64,000 nucleotides of DNA. It comes from a virus. Shown piece after piece: positions 10,894 to 20,445 of this stretch (the first letter of the stretch is position 1; each line of letters starts with the position of its first letter). The translations under genes and the position numbers were made by a program. Location of the stretch: positions 34,422 to 98,421 of the IMG/VR virus record IMGVR_UViG_3300045988_147264; one strand, 5' to 3'. The notes beneath the pieces were generated by a model, which had not been told where the DNA came from, did not search any database, and saw only the letters and a list, made by a program, of their open reading frames with translations.

Positions 10894-11447
10894 TCAAAAC
10901 TATTATCGAAACTGTCATCAAACGATCCCTTTATCTCAGGTGTTGGAGGTTCAGGATCTACCGGCTTAATATAACTACCAAGATCGCTTATCTTCAACTT
11001 TCGTATCTGCCCATCTTGGAAGATCCACATATACTCATTACCGCTCAACGGTAACGTAGCCCATGGACAACCCTTGAAATAATCGTTTATATAACCATAC
11101 ACATACTGTCTAAGGTTCTTGCTTATCCAGTCATTAAGAATTTTATTCACTATATCAGTGACACGTGATTCAAGAACCTCGTCAAGTATGTCGTAAATCC
11201 TGTTATCAATTATATCTGGAAGTACATTTGTAATAAAATCCTGCATGAGCTTATCAAATATCTGTGGCGCGAGTTCATGTATCAACCGCTCAACGTCCTC
11301 GATATTTATAGAGCCACTGATAGGATACCAATCAATAGCTTCCCAGCGATATAATCTGAATTTGTGTCGCCCGTATGGTTTAAGCCATATAAGCTCCTTG
11401 TCTCTTGGCGCCTTAACGCCATAATATATAAAACGTACTCCTGACAT
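10890..11447 (-). CDS. hypothetical structural-module protein (185 aa)
   Basis: ATGA-type overlap with the upstream giant gene, acidic C-terminus. Confidence 0.45.
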   Translation of the reverse strand: MSGVRFIYYGVKAPRDKELIWLKPYGRHKFRLYRWEAIDWYPISGSINIEDVERLIHELAPQIFDKLMQDFITNVLPDIIDNRIYDILDEVLESRVTDIVNKILNDWISKNLRQYVYGYINDYFKGCPWATLPLSGNEYMWIFQDGQIRKLKISDLGSYIKPVDPEPPTPEIKGSFDDSFDNSFD

Positions 11448-11467
11448 TATAATATAATTAAGTCAAA

Positions 11468-11485
11468 GCCGGTATTTAAACCGGC
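11468..11485 (-). terminator. perfect hairpin GCCGGT-ATTTAA-ACCGGC in the intergenic gap between tail genes
   Basis: Palindrome seen directly. On the minus strand it is followed by TTTGACTT, a weak U-run. Confidence 0.25.
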
Positions 11486-11643
11486 ATTGACAATTTAACA
11501 TTGTTTTTATAGAAACCTGATGGTTTTGTTAACTATGAAAATGTTTATTTCTAAGAAAATAAGGCAATTCATGATTGCTAGAAAAACAACAACTCAGATT
11601 ATAGGTACCAATAAATCTGGCAATCTTCTTTTATTTTCATAAA

Positions 11644-14409
11644 CTATTGTATATCAAGGAACATATCATCACAATATAAGGTAATAATTATATCGCCATT
11701 GAAACCAGTAGACACATAACTACTTAAATCTAACACAGATGGATTTTGCATCTCAAGCACGACAGACGAATCAAATCCAGGAACTTCTGTTCCAAAATAG
11801 GTTTCTGACAAATCAAAGGTAGGCAAATTTAATAAACTTAAATTACCTGTTTTGATCTCTGAAATTGACACAATACCTATAAGATTAGCTTCGGTGGCGG
11901 CAAAATCAGTAACAAAGGCTAGATTATTTAATTTAAAAATTGAGAGCGGCATTGGAATGCACCTGTATACATCCATCCTAAGTTTTGGTACTGATCCACC
12001 TGCATCTACACCCGTTACATAAGGAAATATAGGCAAGTAACTTGTATTGTCATCCCTGTTCATTAACCAAACAAGACCAAACTTCTCACTAGAGAATTGT
12101 GATGATACATAGGAGCTCAAAGGTTCATCTGTTTTAATGACTGCATGATATCTAGTTTGATATTCTTCAACAATACAATCAGATTCAAGTATAATTGAAC
12201 CATAAGAAGTAACGGCATCTTTAACTTTGGTAAAAAGATCTGCTTGAACTTTTGCAATTTCACATAACAAGAAGTTCTCATTGTTATAAAAGTCTGTATG
12301 TTCAGACGTTTCATTATTATAAACAGTATAAGGATTAGTAGATCCGTTTAATATATGAACATATAAGAACTGATTATATTTCCAGTCAACCTGCAACTTG
12401 TTGTATAATTCGGCAACATTAGACTTTGGAATATCAATGTATATGTACTGTGAATCCATTGATATAGTTGTTCCCAAAGATAAACCATCCGTTATAGTCA
12501 AGCCATTGGTATTTATATATACTTCTGGATTATGATCTGCTACATCTAACACTTGATCAGCATTTGATATTGCAATCTTCATTGCGACGGTATTCTCAGA
12601 CTCTGAAGCATCTTGTGTACAATTGCAAGTAGCAATTACATCTCCAGTAGAAGCTTTAAGAACGAGATCAAAGGTTCTCTCTGAAGAAGTGTTAACATCA
12701 GGTGCCAGAGATAAGCTCTTATTTCCGGTACCACTTATTGGTAGCTGGTCGCCACTTGCTAAACTGTTGCCAACGTAAGAAGGACCATCGATAGTCCAAC
12801 CCACATTATCTGGATCAGAGATATTCAAGTCAAGACCTGAGGCGGATAGATCACTTTGACCATTGCAGTCAAAGCGGAATGTGGCAGGAACATTCCAAGA
12901 AGGTATAACTAAAGACTCCTGATTGTAGGATATTGATGCCGTAGTTGACTTGTTTCCCTCGCCGGTTATCTTCATTTCAATAGTATCGTCCCTGGTTAAA
13001 CCTGTGACGTTCTTACCAACGGTGGCCTTGAGATTAAGCTCATCAATGGTTATCAAACTTGGTACTGATGTGAACTCATAGGTAAAATCAGTTATGGTTC
13101 TAGTAGCACCCGAAGTATAGGTGGCTGTCTGGTTCGGGGAAACCTTAGCAGCTATATCTACATCCCCACCAGTCTTTGGAATAATTACAGTAGAAGATGT
13201 GGCGCTAACTGATGAATAGGTTACCTGATTGGCCTGCTGGTACACATCAATATTTTTGGTTGTTTGGGAACCATTCCAGGTTATAGTGGCTGTAACTGTG
13301 TCAAGTTTTGTTCTGGCCTTGATGGTTGAACCAAGATTCGAGCCGTTTACCGTTTTAGACAACGTAATAATAACATCCGAAGATGTTATAGAAGGAGTAT
13401 CGGATTCTCCAGAAGAATAATCAATCTTGCCTGAAGCTGAGATAAAGCTTGGTGAGTCAGCTGAGCCACCCGATGCTGGGATATCGTCTAATGAAACAGA
13501 AGCAGAGCTTAAAGTATAGGTGACCTTATTGGGATCCTGTCTTACAAAATCGGTATGAGTTAAGGTCTGACCATTAACGATAATGGTTATCTTAATACGG
13601 GCTGACTTATAAGAATCAGTGATGTTCTTTCCCAGAGAATCCATAACTAGCTCTCCTGTATGCTCGTCTAAAGTCCAGTTATAAGGGGAACCAGGAGGAT
13701 CAGTATAATAGGTATATTTTACAGAATGAGAAGAATTAGATTGGGTAAGAGTTCCACCACCAGATGTTTTGCCATTCCATCCCCAAGGGATTGAAAATTC
13801 GTAAGAAGGGGTGGCAACACCTCCTTCTGCGCCTATATCCCAATTAGAATATCTCATATTGACACTTGCAGTGCCGTAGGTCTTCTCACCTTCTGTTTGG
13901 GTAATAGTGATGGTTTTAGAAGATACCCCAGGATCACCCGAATCGAGAAGCCTGAAAGTGATGTTCCTGGAGTACTCTGTCTGATTCTCCGCCACGTCAA
14001 AGGAGATCTCAAAAGTGTAAGAGCTAGATGCCCCAGGATCACCCGATATCTGATGAGAGACGTTTCCGTCCCAGGAATAGGCCGTCCCGTTTACTTTAAG
14101 GGCGAAATTTGAAAGTAAAAAGGAATAGCTGAGTTGATACACCGTCAGAGACGGTGAGTTGCTGGTGCCAGTGATTTTCACGGTGCCACCCAGAGCTGTG
14201 ACAGAATAGGAAGTGTTGTCTACCATGATAAACTCGCTAGCTCCATCCTGCGAGAGAACTACAGAATCAGAGGCTCCACCAGAGGTAACTCCTTTGATAG
14301 AGCCTGATCTGCTTGATCTTCCAGTATGGGGGCTTGCTTTTAGTGATCTTGTCCCCGGGCCACTTCCTATAGGCCCATATTTTATGGTTATCCAACTTGG
14401 TTTTGCCAT
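11644..14409 (-). CDS. BACON-repeat tail protein (921 aa)
   Basis: N-terminus MAKPSWITIKYGP...GRSSRSGSI...SQDGASEF parallels the 550 aa paralog. Multiple Ig-like repeats. Confidence 0.55.
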   Translation of the reverse strand: MAKPSWITIKYGPIGSGPGTRSLKASPHTGRSSRSGSIKGVTSGGASDSVVLSQDGASEFIMVDNTSYSVTALGGTVKITGTSNSPSLTVYQLSYSFLLSNFALKVNGTAYSWDGNVSHQISGDPGASSSYTFEISFDVAENQTEYSRNITFRLLDSGDPGVSSKTITITQTEGEKTYGTASVNMRYSNWDIGAEGGVATPSYEFSIPWGWNGKTSGGGTLTQSNSSHSVKYTYYTDPPGSPYNWTLDEHTGELVMDSLGKNITDSYKSARIKITIIVNGQTLTHTDFVRQDPNKVTYTLSSASVSLDDIPASGGSADSPSFISASGKIDYSSGESDTPSITSSDVIITLSKTVNGSNLGSTIKARTKLDTVTATITWNGSQTTKNIDVYQQANQVTYSSVSATSSTVIIPKTGGDVDIAAKVSPNQTATYTSGATRTITDFTYEFTSVPSLITIDELNLKATVGKNVTGLTRDDTIEMKITGEGNKSTTASISYNQESLVIPSWNVPATFRFDCNGQSDLSASGLDLNISDPDNVGWTIDGPSYVGNSLASGDQLPISGTGNKSLSLAPDVNTSSERTFDLVLKASTGDVIATCNCTQDASESENTVAMKIAISNADQVLDVADHNPEVYINTNGLTITDGLSLGTTISMDSQYIYIDIPKSNVAELYNKLQVDWKYNQFLYVHILNGSTNPYTVYNNETSEHTDFYNNENFLLCEIAKVQADLFTKVKDAVTSYGSIILESDCIVEEYQTRYHAVIKTDEPLSSYVSSQFSSEKFGLVWLMNRDDNTSYLPIFPYVTGVDAGGSVPKLRMDVYRCIPMPLSIFKLNNLAFVTDFAATEANLIGIVSISEIKTGNLSLLNLPTFDLSETYFGTEVPGFDSSVVLEMQNPSVLDLSSYVSTGFNGDIIITLYCDDMFLDIQ

Positions 14410-14440
14410 GATGATTCGTTTTTAAAATAAATTAGAAGAT

Positions 14441-14462
14441 GAGAGGGGTTTCACCCCCTCTC
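14441..14462 (-). terminator. hairpin GAGAGGGG-tttcac-CCCCTCTC between the two BACON-repeat genes
   Basis: 8-bp GC stem seen directly, with a T-rich tract after it in the minus-strand sense. Confidence 0.35.
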
Positions 14463-14476
14463 ACCTTATGACAGCC

Positions 14477-16129
14477 TTATTCAAGAGTCCAGCTATCGTT
14501 TGACTCTATAGTGAGCGTCTTGGATTCTCCGGCAGCCACAAAGGTGAGGCTCTCTGGAGTAAGGTTGATGTAAGAAGAAGATCCCTGCTGACTAAACGTG
14601 AAGTCTCTGGTGGCAGTCTTGTCGCCCTCACCGGTGACAGTTACTGTCACTACAAATCCTCCGCGAGGTTCAGTAGTAGGGTTGGCTCCAACAGAAACGA
14701 TGCCGTCAGAAGAGAGAGCAAACCCAGTTGCAGCAGTCTTGACCTTTGGACTGAGATCGAAGACAACCGCAGCGGTATCGCTGGCCTCTGTTCTGGTGGC
14801 GCCAGAAGTATAGGTGACAGTCTGCTTGGCTCCAACATTGGAGTTGTCTGTCATGTTACGGCTTTGGGTACCGTCAGCCCTGAGTGAAACTTTTGTGGAA
14901 ACAGAAGAATCAAATGTAATATCACCGTAAGTAGCGGTATTGGCTGCCTGATATACATCTACAGAAGCAGATTTGGTAGCGGTAGCTTTCCAAGTAACTG
15001 TAGCGGTGAGAGTACCTTTCTTGGTTCTATTAGTTACGGTAGTACCAAGTGAAGCAGCTGAAACTTCCTCACTAAATGTAATGGTACAATCATCAGAGCC
15101 ATTGGTGAGATCTACATCACTTGTAACCGAACCCGAGGTGTAAGTCTGTGAACCCTTAGCTGTAACGGTGGCAGAAGATACTGAACCTCCGGAAGCTGGG
15201 ATGTCATCTGGAGCAGCCAGTGTCACGTCTGTAACGGCATAGGTTACAGAGTTAGCCTTCTGGCTAACTGAAACTTCCTTGGAAGCGGACTTGCCATTGG
15301 CATTAAGAGTGATGGTTACAGTGCCTGAGATCACGTCTCCAACCACGGTTGTACGAGATTCAGCAGATACCTGACCCGTAGCTGTGGCAAGGGTAAGGGC
15401 TTCTGGCCAGCCCGTCTTAGTTGCATAAGCAACAGTGCCACCGGTAGTAATGGTACCACCACCTGAGGTAACACCGTTCCATCCCCAAGGCTGGGAGAAG
15501 GAAACAGAAGGAGCGTCAACTGTACCACCGGCAGCAGGAATTTGTTGATAAGTACCAACAGTGAGGGTGACAGCACCATAAAACTTAACACCCTTGGCCT
15601 GAGTGATGGTGATGGCTTCTGTAGTCACATCGCCGTTACCATTCTGAAGCTTGATCTCCAATGTTTTGGCAGCTTCAGTCTTGTTCTCTGGGATCTTGAC
15701 GTCGATAGTGAAAGTGAACTGAGCATCCTTGCCAGGGTCGTCATCAATGCCAGTATCAGTTTTTCCATCCCAAGAATCATCGTTTATTGCGTTGACTTGG
15801 ATTTTGTAGGCTGCCCCAGGGATAATCTTGCCCGCAGTCTCTGCCACCTTGATGTTTGCCGTATTTGCGGTACCGGTGATTTGAATGGTATCAGAACCAT
15901 CAGAATTGCTACCCTTTGCAGCCGCGTTGTAGGTCTTGGTCGGCACATTAATGAACTCAGCCTTACCTGTCTGAGAAACGGAAGTTGTGTCGGTTGCACC
16001 TCCGGTTGTTTTAGCGGTAATTGTTCCACCCCTCTGCTGACGGCCCGTGTACTCAAGGGCGGTAACAGTTGTGGAATCGTTCATGGAACCTGAGCTCTTG
16101 CCAAGTTTAATCCAATTCGGTTTTGCCAT
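14477..16129 (-). CDS. BACON-repeat tail protein (550 aa)
   Basis: N-terminus MAKPNWIKLGKSSG...TGRQQRGGTITAKTTGGATDTTSVSQTGKAEFINV is BACON-like. C-terminal ESNDSWTLE. Confidence 0.55.
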   Translation of the reverse strand: MAKPNWIKLGKSSGSMNDSTTVTALEYTGRQQRGGTITAKTTGGATDTTSVSQTGKAEFINVPTKTYNAAAKGSNSDGSDTIQITGTANTANIKVAETAGKIIPGAAYKIQVNAINDDSWDGKTDTGIDDDPGKDAQFTFTIDVKIPENKTEAAKTLEIKLQNGNGDVTTEAITITQAKGVKFYGAVTLTVGTYQQIPAAGGTVDAPSVSFSQPWGWNGVTSGGGTITTGGTVAYATKTGWPEALTLATATGQVSAESRTTVVGDVISGTVTITLNANGKSASKEVSVSQKANSVTYAVTDVTLAAPDDIPASGGSVSSATVTAKGSQTYTSGSVTSDVDLTNGSDDCTITFSEEVSAASLGTTVTNRTKKGTLTATVTWKATATKSASVDVYQAANTATYGDITFDSSVSTKVSLRADGTQSRNMTDNSNVGAKQTVTYTSGATRTEASDTAAVVFDLSPKVKTAATGFALSSDGIVSVGANPTTEPRGGFVVTVTVTGEGDKTATRDFTFSQQGSSSYINLTPESLTFVAAGESKTLTIESNDSWTLE

Positions 16130-16342
16130 ATTTTTTAATAATTTTAGAAAGTTAATAAATTAGCCTTTATTAGACGTTTAGTCGTTGTATTTGACTCCAA
16201 GAGTCCAGGAAGCATTGGATTCTACGGTTAGGTCTTTAGTGCTTTCTGGGTCCGGAAATTCTAATTTCTCTGGAACAAGTTTGACGAACTCATTCAGAGA
16301 TTGATGCTTATACATCATCAGAGCTCTAAATACACTCATAGC

Positions 16343-16699
16343 TTATACTTTTGGAAATTCTCCCCAGACGGCCAGGGATCCTATTACTGATATAACATAT
16401 ATGCGATCGGCTTGAGTTACAGGAGCCTCTCCGTTCATCCATTTAATAGTGGAGTCTCCAACGATAGCGTGAATGGTTGCTCCAACTTCGATAGTATAGA
16501 CAGTCTCTTTGTGAGATGCGCTTGACTGAACGATGTAATCGTCATTAAGCTCCGGAACATCTATGTAGTTGACCCCGTCGAGTTTATCGAGAACATCTTT
16601 TACCGTCTCATCTTTATACTTTATCTGATCTGAATTTGTGATATATTGACCCGCTAATGGTCGTCTTAGTTCGCCATAGATCTTAATATAATCTGCCAT
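16343..16699 (-). CDS. hypothetical protein (118 aa)
   Basis: Compact ORF between the fibre and BACON genes. Confidence 0.45.
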   Translation of the reverse strand: MADYIKIYGELRRPLAGQYITNSDQIKYKDETVKDVLDKLDGVNYIDVPELNDDYIVQSSASHKETVYTIEVGATIHAIVGDSTIKWMNGEAPVTQADRIYVISVIGSLAVWGEFPKV

Positions 16700-16712
16700 G
16701 ATATTCTAAATT

Positions 16713-17888
16713 TTAAGATATAACAATGGTCATAGGGTCTGTACCAGGAAGATCCTTAGTTCGATAGCACTTGTATGTTCCTAGTTGAGTAGAAGCTTCC
16801 ACTGGAGTCAAGAACGGAACATCAAAACCACCAGATGTAACCTTATTGATTGACGTAGTATTAGGGACACAGAGCCATAGGTACTTGGTGGCGTCATCAT
16901 TGATTAGAGTCTTGGTACCATTGAGAGAAGATCCTCCCTTTGTCAGTGAAGTGATAGTCAACTCATTTCCTGCGGTGGCTTTAGAAAATCCGTAATATAC
17001 CGGAAGATAGAGATTAGCACTAATAGATTTTGGTGAGTTCTTTATGGTAGTAGTGCCTTTCTTAGCAGTAACTGAGCCGAATTTATAGCCCTGAGCAGCG
17101 AGAGTGAATTTCTCCGAACCCTCCGCTACGTTCTCCAAGGTCTTAGTCTCGCCGTTGAACTGAATTTGAATAATATCGGCTACCACCGGTTTAGAGTTTC
17201 TAAGGACCCTGAAGTGTACGCTGACTTCTACCGAACTACCTGTCCACTCCACGGAAGACGGAGAAATGGAGGCCTCAAGAGAGGTAGGGAAGCAATAGTC
17301 TTGTAGTTCAGTCATAGCGGCTGCAATAGCCTTATTTTGAACTGGATTTGTTGACTCAGCATTCAGATCCGTGTCTACGGTAATTTCAGTTCCAGGTTGA
17401 ATGTTGTCAATCTTGTCCTCAAGCTTCTTTACCTCATCTTTAGTGGCGAGATTTACAAGATCCTGATCAGTTGCGTAATTACTGTCATTCTCTAAATCAG
17501 ATACCTTTGTTGGCATCTTGTCAAGCTTCGCTTTGTCTATGTCCGTATAATCATTGGTTGATAAACCCTTACCTTGTTCTTTGTCAACCTTCCCTTCGTT
17601 TAAAGACAGAATTGATGCATCGGTCTTAGACGCTATGCCATCAATATATTTCTTTACGGTTTTGTTGGCGATTGCATTTGACGATGAATCGGACATCTTT
17701 GTGTCGATTATTATATCACCGGAGCCAGATCCAACTCCAGTAACTGGAACCCATTTGCCATGGTCCCAGATTTCGACAACAGGATTATTATTCTCGTCAT
17801 GATGAACCCACAACACGTTACTCTTGTACGGGAAAGGATACGAAGAACCGCTAGTGCGAACAATCCTTAAATTTCTATTGAAATCCAT
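16713..17888 (-). CDS. fibre protein (tail or head fibre)
   Basis: Motif GKVDKEQGKGLSTNDYT..DKAKLD is typical of phage fibre repeat segments. Ser/Thr/Asn-rich C-terminal domain. Confidence 0.45.
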   Translation of the reverse strand: MDFNRNLRIVRTSGSSYPFPYKSNVLWVHHDENNNPVVEIWDHGKWVPVTGVGSGSGDIIIDTKMSDSSSNAIANKTVKKYIDGIASKTDASILSLNEGKVDKEQGKGLSTNDYTDIDKAKLDKMPTKVSDLENDSNYATDQDLVNLATKDEVKKLEDKIDNIQPGTEITVDTDLNAESTNPVQNKAIAAAMTELQDYCFPTSLEASISPSSVEWTGSSVEVSVHFRVLRNSKPVVADIIQIQFNGETKTLENVAEGSEKFTLAAQGYKFGSVTAKKGTTTIKNSPKSISANLYLPVYYGFSKATAGNELTITSLTKGGSSLNGTKTLINDDATKYLWLCVPNTTSINKVTSGGFDVPFLTPVEASTQLGTYKCYRTKDLPGTDPMTIVIS

Positions 17889-17909
17889 ATTTTGATACTT
17901 TTATTGAAT

Positions 17910-20342
17910 CTATTTTGTTGTTGGCCTGCTTTTTTGTATAGAAAGCTGTTTTTCCTTAAGTTTATTATCCTTATTGGCCTGATATTTATCGTGATTGAAT
18001 TTATCCCTGTCAAGTTGTAATCTAGCATCGAACTCACGTATCTTCTCACGCAGGTTCTGTTTTTCAGATTCACTCATTTCATCAGGTTCCATAATACCGT
18101 CATTCTGTCTGGCAGCCATTGATGCGTTAGCTGATATATTAGCGACAATTATCTTTGTCTCGTTATCTCTCTGATTAATCGCATCCTGCTGTTGCATCTC
18201 CATTGACTTTTGCTGCATTGCTGCCTCGGTCTTCTGCTGTTCAATTTGCGCTTGTTGTTCCTGCTGTTGCTGAGCTCTCTGTATCATCTCGTTTTCATTC
18301 TTTTCTACAAGGCGTTCCTTCTCGGCAAGCGAACTTGAGTTATATAACTTCATTATTGTAGAAAAGTTCAATGTTTGATTTTGCAATGCAGCCTGAGCGA
18401 GCATTTCCATCTTTTGATTGAGTTGTTGCACTCCATCAGAGGAATCAACCACAAGACCGTAATCATTCTCCGCAAACTCGTCGCCATCAATAGACATGAT
18501 TTGCATTGAATTATCGCTAAGGATATAATTAAACTTCATGGATCGTCCGCGCATCGCTATCTTTGCTGTCTCAAGAAAACATTCAAGAGCTCTGCGCTTG
18601 ACATCATCGTGAACGACAAATAGCCATTCTGTAATATGAGATGACTGCACGTTGGCCCTCTCAACTCCACCTACAGTTTCCCTATTGGATACTTGGCCCT
18701 CACGCTGCCTTGAGATACCGGCAATCTCACCCATCTCAAGTTTAATGAATTCAAGCAAGTTTATCTGGCTTTGAATCGAGTTGCCAAATTCTGCGTCGAT
18801 CACTCCAGTTGTGTTGTTATTAAGACCCCCAGCTAATTTACCGGTTGATGCGCCAATATTACCTTCCTTGAAAGAATCAACAACAGCTATACCATTGGCC
18901 TCGGCGTAATACATCCACTTCTCAATATCCCAGCCTTTAGGCACCTTGGCAATATCGAGTTGTATCAGTTTCCCCCAGTTATGAGACATTACTTTATTCA
19001 GCCTGTCATGAACGATATCATACAGATAATTATAATGTTTCATCATATCAACCATAGAGAATGGCCTGCTATCATTGAGGTTGTAGATTGAGCCGACTAT
19101 ACCGAAATGACATCTCGAAGGATTGGACAATCTGTTATACTGTACTGGACACGGACGCATATTAACATAAATATCAGTACCTATTTTGGTACCCTCCCAG
19201 GCTTGATTAACCCAGAAAGTATCCTCAACCTCCCCGATTGATGGGTCTATCTGATAATTCTCATCATAGAAGTTATAAACCTCCTCTCCGGTAATAGGAT
19301 CATACGATCTTACTTTCTTTATTTTCCTGCGCGATTTCCAGTACATTCTCATCACGCGAATATTGCCAGCAACGTCATATGGCAGTAACGAGGAATCGTA
19401 TGAATCCGGAAAAAGATTCATCGCATCAAAGAAATAACCATCTCCACGAACGTCAATCGCGTCATCAATCATTCCTGCATTGACAAAGCCTCTTCGCTCG
19501 TCAATATTACCCATAGCGTCAACATTAGATCCCTGTGCAAAATCAGGCATCTTTCTGATCCACTCCATATCTTTGGGTGAAAGAACATCATAGAAGTAAT
19601 CTATGACTTTGCCAGGAGACCAATAATCCTCGAGAATAACACAATCAGCGTCTTCTATACGGTTTGAATAACCAGACCTGAAAGCACGTATCTTAAGTGG
19701 ATTCACTCTTTCAAGAAGAGGTTCTCCACCAACGATTGAGCATTGGTATATTTCCTCACCTACTGTAAGGCCGTCCATGAAGCCATTATTAAATATCAAT
19801 GGGAAATTCTGCTCCTTTGAATAATGATTGAGCAGCGCATTGGCACGCACTTCGCGCATATCCTGCCAATCGTAAGTGTAATAATCGCTAAGCTTCTCAA
19901 GTCTTGCGTTGAACTCATCCTCACTCTGGCTCTGGTCTGCGATCATTGCCTGAACCTCCTGAAGCATTTGCCGCTTCTTTGTCTCCTCGATCTCTGAAAG
20001 AGCGTTCGGATTGGTTATGACAACCTTGTAATCAAACACCCGCTTAGATTCCTCGCCCCTCAAGACATTGAGTTTTGAGTTCATTATTGGGTAATGCACG
20101 ATATTCTCAGGTACAAGAGTAGACCTGAGGTTGTTTGGATTCAGGACTAATGCTAAATCGCTCATATGAATCCTGCCGTTAAGCAAGTCATAATTAATTT
20201 TCTTGTGGACCACAGAGTTCCTCACCGGACTATAGTTGAAGAATCCTCTGTTGTCACCCCAGTCAACACACTGCCGTCTCCAGCTCCGGGTCTTCTGGGA
20301 TAGAGGCAACTGCTGTGGCGGGAAACTAGTGTATTCCGACAT
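17910..20342 (-). CDS. portal protein (810 aa)
   Basis: Lies immediately downstream of TerL, size typical of crAss-like portals, Gln-rich C-terminal tail. Confidence 0.6.
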   Translation of the reverse strand: MSEYTSFPPQQLPLSQKTRSWRRQCVDWGDNRGFFNYSPVRNSVVHKKINYDLLNGRIHMSDLALVLNPNNLRSTLVPENIVHYPIMNSKLNVLRGEESKRVFDYKVVITNPNALSEIEETKKRQMLQEVQAMIADQSQSEDEFNARLEKLSDYYTYDWQDMREVRANALLNHYSKEQNFPLIFNNGFMDGLTVGEEIYQCSIVGGEPLLERVNPLKIRAFRSGYSNRIEDADCVILEDYWSPGKVIDYFYDVLSPKDMEWIRKMPDFAQGSNVDAMGNIDERRGFVNAGMIDDAIDVRGDGYFFDAMNLFPDSYDSSLLPYDVAGNIRVMRMYWKSRRKIKKVRSYDPITGEEVYNFYDENYQIDPSIGEVEDTFWVNQAWEGTKIGTDIYVNMRPCPVQYNRLSNPSRCHFGIVGSIYNLNDSRPFSMVDMMKHYNYLYDIVHDRLNKVMSHNWGKLIQLDIAKVPKGWDIEKWMYYAEANGIAVVDSFKEGNIGASTGKLAGGLNNNTTGVIDAEFGNSIQSQINLLEFIKLEMGEIAGISRQREGQVSNRETVGGVERANVQSSHITEWLFVVHDDVKRRALECFLETAKIAMRGRSMKFNYILSDNSMQIMSIDGDEFAENDYGLVVDSSDGVQQLNQKMEMLAQAALQNQTLNFSTIMKLYNSSSLAEKERLVEKNENEMIQRAQQQQEQQAQIEQQKTEAAMQQKSMEMQQQDAINQRDNETKIIVANISANASMAARQNDGIMEPDEMSESEKQNLREKIREFDARLQLDRDKFNHDKYQANKDNKLKEKQLSIQKSRPTTK

Positions 20343-20370
20343 ATTATTTAGTATTTAAATTTCAATTATG

Positions 20371-20378
20371 CAAAGATA
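20371..20378 (-). promoter_or_regulatory. Bacteroidetes-type -7 promoter element (TATCTTTG on minus) upstream of the portal
   Basis: Plus strand CAAAGATA equals minus TAtcTTTG, matching the TAnnTTTG consensus. Sits 26 nt upstream of the portal ATG. Confidence 0.35.
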
Positions 20379-20406
20379 TAAAAAAAGCCCCGTTTCTCAA
20401 CGAGGC
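20379..20406 (-). terminator. rho-independent terminator after TerL (minus strand: GCCTCG-ttgagaaa-CGGGGC then TTTTTTT)
   Basis: Hairpin plus a 7-T run, read directly from the sequence. Confidence 0.45.
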
Positions 20407-20445
20407 TAATCATAAAAGTTAACTATCCGTTACACTATCGCTATG

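Noticed and set aside
4777-15591. Small internal ORFs inside the giant tail genes (for example 5363..5722, 8485..8733, 9413..9775, 13229..13420, 15542..16093)
   Set aside because: They are fully nested in, or antisense to, long well-supported structural genes, and their composition is not protein-like.
3164-16129. Diversity-generating retroelement targeting the BACON/tail-fibre genes
   Set aside because: No reverse transcriptase ORF and no obvious template/variable repeat pair are present in this window.
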